Source of the DNA: Bugula neritina
Taxonomy: Eukaryota > Animalia > Bryozoa
Length of the DNA stretch: 64,000 nt
Assembly (NCBI GenBank): GCA_964035545.1
Contig: OZ037766.1
Span: 7,740,722 to 7,804,721, forward strand
Direction of reading: 5' to 3'
The translations under genes and the position numbers were made by a program. The notes below the pieces were generated by a model. It saw only the letters and a program-made list of their open reading frames with translations. It was not told where the DNA came from and did not search any database. Below are positions 20,893-31,899 of this stretch, piece after piece. Positions within the stretch are counted from its first letter, which is position 1, and each line of letters opens with the position of its first letter.

Positions 20893-23800
20893 TCAAGTGA
20901 TATTTTCAGATATAACTTTGTGTATCAGTTTAGGCAATGTGTTAATGTCCTCTTTTTCTATCGTTTCTAAAGATAGAGAAGGTAACATCAACTTCAGCAG
21001 CTTACATATTTGGCGTTGCAACTTGTGTATGCAAGCCTTGGTGTTAGAATGGACAATTACTTGCAGGTTCTTTCTAGTGCTACTACTACTTGGCATGCAT
21101 CGAGTAGACGAATCCCTGTTCTCTAAACAAGTTGTAATGTAATCAAGTAAGCCATCGACATCATCTGAGCTTTTACGGAAATTGCCTCCACATCGAAGAT
21201 CAGGGAACAAAGAAATAACTAAGTCTAATGCTCGCTGACGCAAATAGCACAAATACATTTGATTCTGTTTAAAGCGAGATCGGTGTGCCGCATCAACATC
21301 TGTTCTACCCGAAGATGCAGACAGCAAATCTGACTTGTAGAAGAGATTTTTATTTCGAGGCATATCGTCACCTGTGTCAGATTGAACCTTTATACCAACT
21401 TTGCGCATGAAGCTTTTAGGTCCAATACGCACATTTCTAGTCTTTTTAGCTTTTGACTTCAATTTATTTCCCATGCGCTCCATCATTTCTTGCTTGGTTG
21501 GAGCATGTAATCTTGGGTTATATTTATTATGAAGACTGTGAGTTGCCAACGTTTTGGAAGGAGTTCTTGCTGTGTGCATAGGTGTGACTGCTGGTGTTGG
21601 CACATGTGGAGAAGTTGGTCTCGGCAGATGCACCGGAGTGGCTGGCGGCATGTGAACAGGTGTAGGCGGGGGAAGTATTGGCATTGGAGTAGGTGGTTCA
21701 TTGTAGGCGGGTGTGGCAGATGGGTGGTAAGGAGTGGAGGGGGTGAAGTATGCAGGTGTTGAAGGAGGCTGATAGCTGGGGGTAGCAGATGGGTGCACAG
21801 GAGTGCGAGCTGGGTAGCCTGGTGTGACAGGTTGATAGAGAGGAGTAGCGTATGGGTTTGGTGTGCGCAGAGTTCGCCTGGTACGACCACTAGGGGCACG
21901 AGTTCTTGTCTTTTTGTTGGTGGGAGCTGCTTCTTTCAGCAACACCATGGGTATAGAGAGTGAGAGTGACGGAATTTCGAGATCAATATGGCCAGACACT
22001 TCATTAGAAGGTTTGTAGTCACTAGAAATATCACCATTCATATGAGGAAGTGGCACTGAAGAGCTACCATGAGTTGGGGTTCCAGAAGAACGACGACTAG
22101 TTCTTCTAGTAGATCGAGTAATAGGCTCAGGAGTAAGCACCTCGGCATTCTTCACTTGTACTTGTCGAGGGGAAGCACTACTTTCTAGCAAATTATCAGT
22201 GATATGATTAGGTATAGGACTAGCAGCTGATTTAATTGGTGATGGATGTGTGATAGGTGACTTATGTACTTTGACAGGCGAGGTCCACGGCTGTAGGGGA
22301 GTTTCACCTAAAGCTTCTGGTATGCTGTTTTCTTCTGGTAAGGTTGGTAATGCTGAAGGTACAATTTTTTCAGGAAGATCCTTTACTTCAGTGAGCTCAT
22401 TCATAGATTTACTATTGTCGGCTTCTTCATCAGTAAATCCACTCAAATCTCCAGATACATCGGAGTTGTCATCACTTTCGCCAGATTCTGTATAATAGCT
22501 GCTGCTGGTTTCTTCAAACAACTCGCTGTCAGTCCGTCGCCGTGGGCTAGGATTCTTTGCTTTTCGCATTGCATCGGCAAACGGGTTGGAACTAGTTTGC
22601 TCGCTAGTTGATCCTGCATATTGTTCAAATGCGCTAGATGTCTTTTTCTCTTTTGTGGCTAACATCATTCTAACTTTTTCTCTACTGCCAAAAACTGGCT
22701 CATGAGAAATTTCTCCATTTCGAGGCCGAGGTGGCACAGTCAGAGAATTACTTCCAAATTTGGAACCCATTCCAGCCAGTGGATTAGTTGCACCAAACTT
22801 ACTTACACCAAACCCTAATGAGCTAGTAGACCCAAATTTAGGCGCAGACCCAAACAGACCAGCATTCTGCGAGGTTGAACTAAAACCTGGAGACTGTCCA
22901 AATTTGGTGATATTCATATTTTTCTGAAACAGTGACGGAGCTGTAAACACACTACCATTCACAAGCCCATTTGATGTGAAGCTAGAGTTTAGAGAGTTCT
23001 TCCCAAAGCTAATGCCAGGTGCTGATGAATTCAACATTGGTTTAGAGGAAAATAGTTTGTTGTTTAAATTGCCAAATTGTCCCGCGGCTGGAGGCGGAGG
23101 TGGAAACAGTGGTGGCTTAGTCTCAGCAGCTAGGAAACTCTGTGTACCGTTGAGCATACTAAATCCAAAGCTAGCTGGATGAGCTGGTGAACCAAATGTA
23201 GCTCGTGGAGGAGTGAGTTTACTACCCAATGAGCCAGTCAACCTACTGCTTAGAGAGCTAGTAAAGTTAGTCTTTGAGAGAAAGTCTGATGAGTCTAGAC
23301 GTGGCTGTAATTTTGAAGCACCCCATAAACTCTGTTCTAACTCCAGTTTAGGTTTAGTCAATAGATTGGACTCATGAACGTGCTTGTGTTGAGTGGTAGT
23401 TATAGTGCGATCATTATGACGCACTACTAGTGTGGGCATTTTTAATATCTGGTTACGTAATACATCTTCTTCGTCCATATCAGAGTTACCTTTTCCTGAA
23501 AGACACACAATTATTTAGAGATAAACAAAATGTGCTATGAACATCAATGACTGAATAAAACTATAATATACCAATATTTAATTATGACATTGTGCTTTTA
23601 CACACCAAATTTTTTCTATTTTAATGAGTTTTAGTAAGTAGCTGCTTGGCAATTCATAATTGGCAACTTCATTAAACTAAATGTGAATTGTCTTGAATAT
23701 AAAATATTTTAGATTTTTAAAAAATGTTTATCAACAGACACTGGTTTTCACAAAAGTCAGAATGTCAAAGCTGTAACACTCAATATAAAACATATCGCTT

Positions 23801-25697
23801 CATATCATATCATGTCCCTGGTCTTCAATTTACAATAAGGAGTTGTAGCTACCATGCCAATCAAGAACAGATAGTAAAATGCCTGAAATGGACTGTTACA
23901 TAAAAGCTGAACTATTCTCATCAGAAAACTGGAAGCAATTGTGAATAGATACTTGGTTAAAATGGTACACGAATGATGTGTTAAATGAAAAATGGCCATG
24001 AAGTGCACGCAATTCTATAAAACAAAAGCAATGCTTTTTAACTTTTTGGGTAAATGTCACGCTCTGTTTTTGAGTTAATTAAAATTCTGCAGGACTTCCT
24101 GCATTATAGGGGTCTCTTGCTGAAACTTAGACACTAATATCAAGTATTTAAAAGAAATAACAAACTACTCAATATTTACAAAATGTTTCAAAACACTACA
24201 TATAATCCAAATATCCCTTATATTAAAAACAGCAAAATATGTCAAATTGATAGGATAAATTAAATTAAATATGATGTGGGATTATCTATTCGTGCGAGAA
24301 CACTTTCAAGGGCAAATAACTCCTAGAGTCTAGTGCACACATGAAATATAAAAATGCAAGCAATTATGACCGGGTGTCCTTGACATCAAAATTGGCAATG
24401 CCATGACCAAGTGCTTCAACCACTAGACCAGGCCTGCTCCATTGGTATTACTCTATTACTCCTTACGCAAATAGTGCACGAAAGAAGCCCACAATGAGAG
24501 CTAGTAAACACTGGTAACTTGTCAAATAAACTTATATATGAGAAGAGAAATCCAAAAAGGAAAATAGCATTGTAAAGATAAGAGTAGCGAGTGTAGTAGA
24601 GTGGAAAGTATATAAAGGCTAATACCTGAGTCACTAGCATGAGAACCTGGGTTCAGATCATCTGTAGCCTGTTCATCAGCACTCAGCTGCAACATATATA
24701 CCTTACATTACCACCTATCTAGCTCAACAACAAACTGAAGTATATAATCTACTACAATAACTGTTTGAAACAAAAATAATACATTTGTTTAAAGGAAAAA
24801 CAGAGACCTGATATAGGTAAAGTAATATTTTTTAATATTAACCTTTCTTTTGAGTTTGATCTTGAGCCCTTCGCCTTCTTTAACACAAAATACATCGTCA
24901 CTGGTGTCCATGCCTGAGTCATCACTGCACGAACGGGGAGGACGCTCTTGTTGTAGTACTGTAACAGACAACACAACATATCACATTAAGGTGTGCGTTT
25001 CAGTTATAGTAAGAGTAACCTACACCACTGCGTATATATCAACACCATTTAAGTCCAAAATATGGTTTTATACAGTTTAAAAAGCATATTTTGAACATAG
25101 TTGCTTATCTTGCCCCAATCATTCGATCAGCATTTTTGTCTCCACCTCCATCCGGAACAGAATAAAGAATACAAACCTATAACTCTCTTGGTAATGGTGG
25201 CACCAAACAACTCATACCTGATACGTCGTCGTGCACCAGTAGTACATGAAGTTTGGCTTCTGCCAGGTTTAGGAAGCTCGCCGAGCAATATCCACACTCA
25301 TGGTGACCTTCAAACTGTACGTGAGAGCCTTTGTGAACTTCTAGCAGCTGCCTTGACTGGAAATACTCGTCACACACTGTACATTTGTAAAATCTGCCAT
25401 CTGCAATGTGCTTGCGGCGATGTTGCTGCAAGTCATTAATTCGACGGAACGCCTGCAAAAATATCAAATGAAAAAGAGCATAAAAGAAAGTTGAGATTTC
25501 GAAGAGGAAAACTTTATAAAGTAATATTGCATAAAAGTGCTACTAACCTTGTGACACAACCTGCACACAAACGGTCTGTAGTGGTTGTGCTTCCTAAATC
25601 TATGATATTTCAGATGCAATGCACTTTTGAAATCTGCACCACAGCTTTCACAGATAAAAGGCTGTATCACATTCTTCAGCGTCAGTTTTAAAGACAT
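20893..25697 (-). CDS. C2H2 zinc-finger protein, 1054 aa, with a long disordered region (FG repeats, TPxY/H repeats) and a duplicated C-terminal helical motif. Exons 25548-25697, 25218-25452, 24843-24958, 24626-24686, 20893-23495
   Basis: Four C2H2 fingers (CESC..HRFRKH; CRLC..HRRKH across the first intron; CTVC..HKGSH; CGYC..HVLLVH). GT-AG introns with phases 0,1,0,1 sum to 3165 nt. The 61-nt exon 24626-24686 is needed to restore phase. Confidence 0.85.
24360..24440 (-). mobile_element. Decayed SINE fragment, same family as 48890-49086
   Basis: Colinear similarity by eye: gcaattatgac.gg.tg...acatca...catgac..agtgctt...agac....ctgctcc. Confidence 0.5.
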
Positions 25698-27468
25698 CTT
25701 CTAAGTTACTAAAACGTAAAAGGCACCAATAGACAATAAATAGTTTTTTGTTAGCTTAATTTAAGTTTCAATACTTCAAGACATTTATGTTATTACACTA
25801 TTGAATTCAAGTTTTTCAACATATCTTTATAACAATGTAATAGGTTTCTATCCCACCATATCAGTTTGCAATTTATTTTACGCAGCAATCCTACAATCCA
25901 GTTAATTGAGAACGATTTAATAAAGTAGGCATATTTCTAAATAAAATAACTGTGCATTTGTAAATCTTCATAACATCAAGTTTAATTTATCAAATTTTTC
26001 TTGCTGTGGAACTAGGCTGTTATAAATTATATTAAATAAAGCAGATTTCTCCAACTATTAATAAGGTAGTTTTAAAAAGGGATATTTTGTTATCCTAACT
26101 ATAACAATGGCAGAATAAAGAGGTTGGTAGACTCAGAATGACATTGATATAAGTGTAGGTCTAAGAAACTAATTAGAACTTATTGAATTAGTTATGGTTA
26201 TAAGGTAAATTGCACACTTCTAAATTAAGAAATAAAATATTATGAAATAAATATCAATTCTTTTACTCAAATGTTTCAATATTATTATTTAATATTCTGA
26301 TTCAACAACAATCAAGTTTTCAACTTCACTGATAACTATATTGATTTAAATTTAAATTTTACACATTTATTACCAACCAGAGCTGCAATAATTTCAACTT
26401 TATATTGCTATAAGTATAAAGACAAGTACAACATTGGCCAGCAGGCAATAATGATAACTTGCAGGGTTGCCTGTAATATTAAAGCACGAGTTCAATAGTA
26501 GTTTTTAGCATTGACTGAATCATGAAGCCTTGAAAATGAAGTTCCTAACTCAAAGCCAAACAGTTAATGTTATTAACTTTTAATAAGAAAAGTTTCAGCC
26601 CCAGTCTAACAGTAACTACTACTAGCAACATTTAATTTTTCCTGATAAACTTAATAGGTCTACGTAAGTTATTCACTTAGTCTTGCTCTTTGTGATTCAG
26701 ACTTAGTGCAACCAGCGGTCAAAGAGTTTTAATTAAGTCAATTAACATAAATAGATTACCATTTTGATTTAAGCAGGATCACAATGACAATGTGAATGTT
26801 AAGATCAAGATCATTTTTGGCTAGTTTTATTTTTTAGTTCAAATTTATTACTTAAACTGAAACGATAACTTGAAATAGGTGCTACATATTATTTTGTTTA
26901 TAAATAAATTTTATTTGTATCAGTATTGGGTCAATCACTGACCAGTTCGGATCTACTTTTAGTGAGACAAACTTCAACTTTGTCTTGTCCATAAGTAACA
27001 CTAACAGTAACTGTAAGACTGACAGTAACACTAACAGTGAATAAATAAAAATTGGTAAAACTAAGGGCTTAAATTTAATAAACTTGAAGCATAATCATGA
27101 TGATATTTGATGATATTAATATTATACTCAAATTGAAATCATATTTATAATTGATATTCATATTGAATTTATTGATGCTCATTAATTTTATTTTTAATTA
27201 TTAATATTAATAATATTAATTTTGTATTCAAACTAAAACTTTCACTCTGTCTCATACTAATACTGTGCAGTAAACCCAACCGCTAAAACCATTCATCTAG
27301 TATTACACTATGATCTATGAGTACTAGTGTACTTTAACACAAAGTCAAACTAAATTTTAATTTGAAATCAGAGTTACTGTTGGTGTTGGTCAATAGAAAT
27401 ACTCAGTCATACTCAATATGAATAACGGCTGCGTCGACACAACTTTAGATCCCCATATTAACCAATTT

Positions 27469-27680
27469 ACCTGCATCCCACAAATTTTGTCGAACGCGTT
27501 AACCGTTCAGATTCTCAAGAACTATAAATTTGCTTCAAGTATATTACTTTATAATCTACCCATATAAAATCAGTTTAGCCGCTCTATTATTAATCCGCAT
27601 CGCAACTCGCCATTTTGAATGCAGTCCGGATATGGCGTTTTGCTGGAAACCTAAGCGCGTTCGCGATTTTCTACATGCGC
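27469..27680 (-). promoter_or_regulatory. Probable promoter and non-coding first exon of the zinc-finger gene
   Basis: CpG-rich patch with a YY1-like AAAATGGCG on minus (27608-27616). Donor GCAG|GTAAAT near 27470 and an acceptor just before the ATG exon (25709-25710). Confidence 0.55.
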
Positions 27681-28639
27681 CGTGAAAGCCACCCTTCCCG
27701 TATTCACTTTGAGCTCTCAACCATTGAACTATAACTCCTAAGGAAGTTTTAGTTCATTGCTCCACCCCTAGCTTCCTTGCCATTATGGGATGCCATAAAT
27801 GTTATTGATAATATGGCACATCATTTAAATGAACCTTAACAAATGTTTATAGAATGTAATAATCACTTGTCACACAAGTGTTTCATACTGTCTGTGTCAA
27901 GTTTATTACCACTTCAAAATCTCAAGCTTTAATATTTGGACCAGTACTATAGAAACTAAAAATCAAGTCTCATTTATCAAGACTAAACCACTAATTTTTT
28001 TAAAGCTTTGAAATAAATTGTTTCTTTTCAACAGAGCAAATTCATAAAACTTTGGACTGTATTATAAAGTGTTGCAAAAGAGTCACTAATATTCAGCTGT
28101 TGAAAATTTTAAAAGCAGCTTTATTTGGTTAATAAACTCTATTACCAAACGGCAATGCATATAAAATTCATTAGCTGTTAACACATAATTATAAGAACAC
28201 ACTAAAACAAACATATTTTTTTACAAAGCAAAGCTTTAGCAAACAGTAAAACAATATCACACTAACACAAAGTTACTCGAGTAAAACAACTACTTATGTA
28301 ATGAGATTATACGGTTACACATGAAGATGAGTGCCATTAAATAAACAATCATCAGGTTATATGCTTCTTTGTACAAAATATTCATTAACAAAACTGATTG
28401 TTACAGTATGAAGGTGGCTGTAAATGTGAATAAGTATGATTGTATAATAAAGTCAGAGATTATCTTTCTAAGGAAAAAAAGTGTACTTACATCACAACAT
28501 TTCTGGTTTACACCAAAACGTTTTAGACAACACAATACAATATAATGCTTTATCAAATTTGCATATTGTTCGATAGAAAATGTAAGTAAACATCCAACAG
28601 GAAAACAATTGCTGTACAGAGTCACATTTAGCAAATTAT

Positions 28640-31600
28640 TTACTTAGACCCAAGGCTAGGAAACTCAAACTCATTGTCCATTTTTGGAGCAGATCTTTCT
28701 GATTTTTGAAACCCACCGCCACCACTGCCTTTTCTAAATTTACGATCAAACCCACCACTTCTAGGTGGACGAGAATTACCAAAGCCTCTGCCACGGCCTC
28801 TGCCACGTCCAGAACTGCTACCATGTATGTTGTTGTCAGTGTTGAACTTGATCTGAATATTCAGTTTATCCAGAGTAGACCTGGTGTCTTCAACCTAAAA
28901 AGTGAAGTGTTTGTAAGTGTGATTGAAGTGATTAGTGATTGGCAATCGATTAATGCATATATTAAATTTATTTCCTTAATTTTCAGTTTACGTGGTAAGA
29001 GCAAATGCATGGTATAAAAACAGAGTTTCACATTTTCCCATAATAAGAAAGACTCTAGGAGCTGTTGTATGAAATTCACGGTACAATACAAGCATTTGAA
29101 CAAAACAACCCATTGCAGTGAAAAGACAGGCTTAACTACCACTACAGCATGTAAATGACACTTTTATGCAGATTCAGTGCACAAGCTGACTATACAGCCA
29201 CTGCAGCTGTGAGTCCCATACATATAACTACATGTATAAATTTGTGAACCAAAGCAAAGTATTTAATAAAAGTGTTCACCTTGTAAGAATCATCATCAAG
29301 TTCTTCAGCATATTCTGAACTCTCCAGGCGTTTTCTTGGTTCTAAGGCTACGGTTTTCTTCCATTGCTTAGGATCCTCACCTTCACCAGCCAATCTAACT
29401 TTGAACTCTTTCTTAACTCTGGACGTGGCCTGTGAGGCCTTCCATTCATCAAGGGTCATTTCCAACTTCTCCGGTTCAACAGATTCTAAAGGTTCCTGTT
29501 CGTTGGTACTAAAATAAGAATGTGTTAATCTATAGAGAATCACTCTAAAACAGCACCTAAAGCCAACTTATACAATCTAAAGCAGCTAATTTTTTGAAAT
29601 TTAATAATTGATTAGTTGTACTGCACTGAGGTGCAAGCTCCACCACTAATAAAGTTAGCATAATTGGTAGTTGACTGTGACCAGATTTGGGTTTTTGTAA
29701 GGAATTTGTAAAATACAGTCTCCTCACATTCTTTCACTTAAAAATTGCACCAATTTAAATATTGTTCATTTACCAGCATTGTTGGAAAAAGCATTTAAAA
29801 ATGGAGGCTGCATTTGGTACAAACATATGCAGCTTTTGCAGGTTTACATTACTTATGTTAAGTGATATGAGTGTAAGTTCAATATGGCTATGTTTAAAGT
29901 AGGGTGTTAGAACAGAGCATTTAAAATCTCCCAGAATTGTACATAACTTATCCAGGAACTAATTAAGATATTACAGCGCAAGACAATATACTAAAAGCTA
30001 ACATTTCTTGGTCACCATCTTTGACTGCTCCCTCGGAGAGTTCACTGACATCAGCTTTAGTATCAGGTTGAGTAGAATTGTTCAGCTGCGCATCAATCTG
30101 CCCACCCCAGTTATGTGAGCCAAACCCCTCCTTCTTTTCTACAGCTTTAACTCCGGTTCTTTCAGAGCCGCTATGTCTGTCGAATCGCCTTGAAAATCCT
30201 CCTCGTGAGCCACCTCTTCCGCCTCTAAACCCAGCAGATCCTCTCCGTGCACCACGATGTCTACCATCATACATATGAAATGAGTTTACAAAGACCAAAA
30301 ATAATAAAGATGTAAAGTCAACATTCCAATACTTTGATCCAGCAAATGTGAAATAGTAACCATACAAACTTGCCCAAAACCACCAGAAGACTCCTTTTCA
30401 AACACATCATTTGAACGATTCTCTCGAAACCTGTTATCTATAAAAACAGGAATATAAGTATATGTTTTCTTTTGAGTATTCAATAAGTTGTCCTGTGAAA
30501 GAGTTCAATAGCAGTTGTATTAAAAATTATGAATTTGCTAAAATTTTAGTAGCCTTGAAATTAATTTTCAGAATTCCACTATTATGTCAGTAACAGCATT
30601 GAGTAAGCATAAAAGAGATAGCAGGACTACATTAGCTGAAGGTTTAGTTTACTTTATCTGCAGTAAGTATATACATGCACCACAAAAGCAAATTATAGAA
30701 TATAGTATTTAGCAAAACTTTTAAATAAGTTAATAGTAGTAGTACAAACACTTTTTTGAGAATTTTTGTTTTCAAATCTATCTTTAGAGCGCCCATAACT
30801 TTATATCAGTAAGCTGAGTAATTATTTAAATGCATGTATAAATGTATATATATTTTTACATAATAAATCAAATAAGTCTGACGAGTGAACATTTGACCAA
30901 ACTTTAAACTAAACTTAAACATAGTTACTGTTATATTGACCTATGTTACCAAGTACTAGTACGAGTATAATGCTATTACCATGGCTTAAGGCTATTAAGA
31001 ATAACTATTAGCTAAACTGGTACAAACCTCATCAACATGTAACTTATTTTCAACCAACCTGATCATCACATCTTACAAACCGACTAAAGCCTGATGTCAT
31101 TATTACCAACACTAACATTAATAGCATTACTATTAATTATATTTACACGTGTGGTGTTACTGTTACTGTAACTATTTTAATTTTTCATCACATCTGGTTG
31201 AATAATTAATATTATGAACATGATAATTTGAGTTTCACCAACAATAATTTCAATTTTAACTCACTATTAAATTGACTATAACTATTAGTATTGCCAATAG
31301 TAATACTTGTATTATTATGCTTATAGTTATACTTTTTATCACTTGTAAAAAATCACAGAGTATTTCAATTTGTAAGGGTTTTGAGTCAAACAGTGAAACA
31401 CAAATTTAGAAAATAGAAGCTAAATTAAAATTGTCAACCAAATAACCGTTTACTTTTTTATTTTAGTTTCATCAACAGAAAAAGTGAAAGTGGTAAAAAT
31501 TAAAAATGTAATTTTAATTTACCAACCCCTTTTTCCACTTTGACTTTCGATTTGATGTTGCGACATCTTTTGACCAGATTGAAATTGGTTACCCGTACCG

Positions 31601-31899
31601 CTGTCATTGTCAAGCTTATTTTGTGACTGAGACTTCTTCGAGTTGCCAAACTTTTCATTTTTAATTTTTGTGTTTTTGTTGTTTTTATTCAGATCTGATT
31701 GAACACGAGAATGATCCTGTGGGTGGTCCGCCACATTCTTTTTTTTCTCGGACTTGCTCTTACTCTTAGTCTTAGAGCTAGCATCTTGAAGTTGATCTTC
31801 GCCTCTTTTTATTATTTCAAAAATGTCAATGCTATCATCATCTTCATCATCAAGTATAAGCTGGAACCTGTTTTTAGTTTCTACGCTATACCCTGACAT
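28640..31899 (-). CDS. SERBP1: SERBP1/HABP4 (PAI-RBP1, vig) family RGG RNA-binding protein, ~392 aa. Exons 31527-31899, 30374-30437, 30003-30260, 29280-29508, 28640-28894
   Basis: N-terminal GYSVETKNRFQLILDDE; RRFDRHSGSERTGVKAVEKKEGFGSHNWG; EMTLDEWKA; RGRGRGRG; C-terminal APKMDNEFEFPSL. Phases are consistent if intron 2 is GC-AG. Confidence 0.92.

Noticed and set aside
24626-24700. 61-nt ZnF exon as an exonised SINE (GGTTCAGATC B-box-like, CACTCAGCTG)
   Set aside because: The similarity is too short, with no A box or TSD.
27721-27760. Small hairpin sharing CCATTGAACTATAA with 47924-47955
   Set aside because: Probably a tiny decayed MITE remnant; too short to classify.
30438-31526. Intronic C/D snoRNA in SERBP1 intron 1
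   Set aside because: A C-box-like GTGATGA is present, but there is no D box or terminal stem at a suitable distance.
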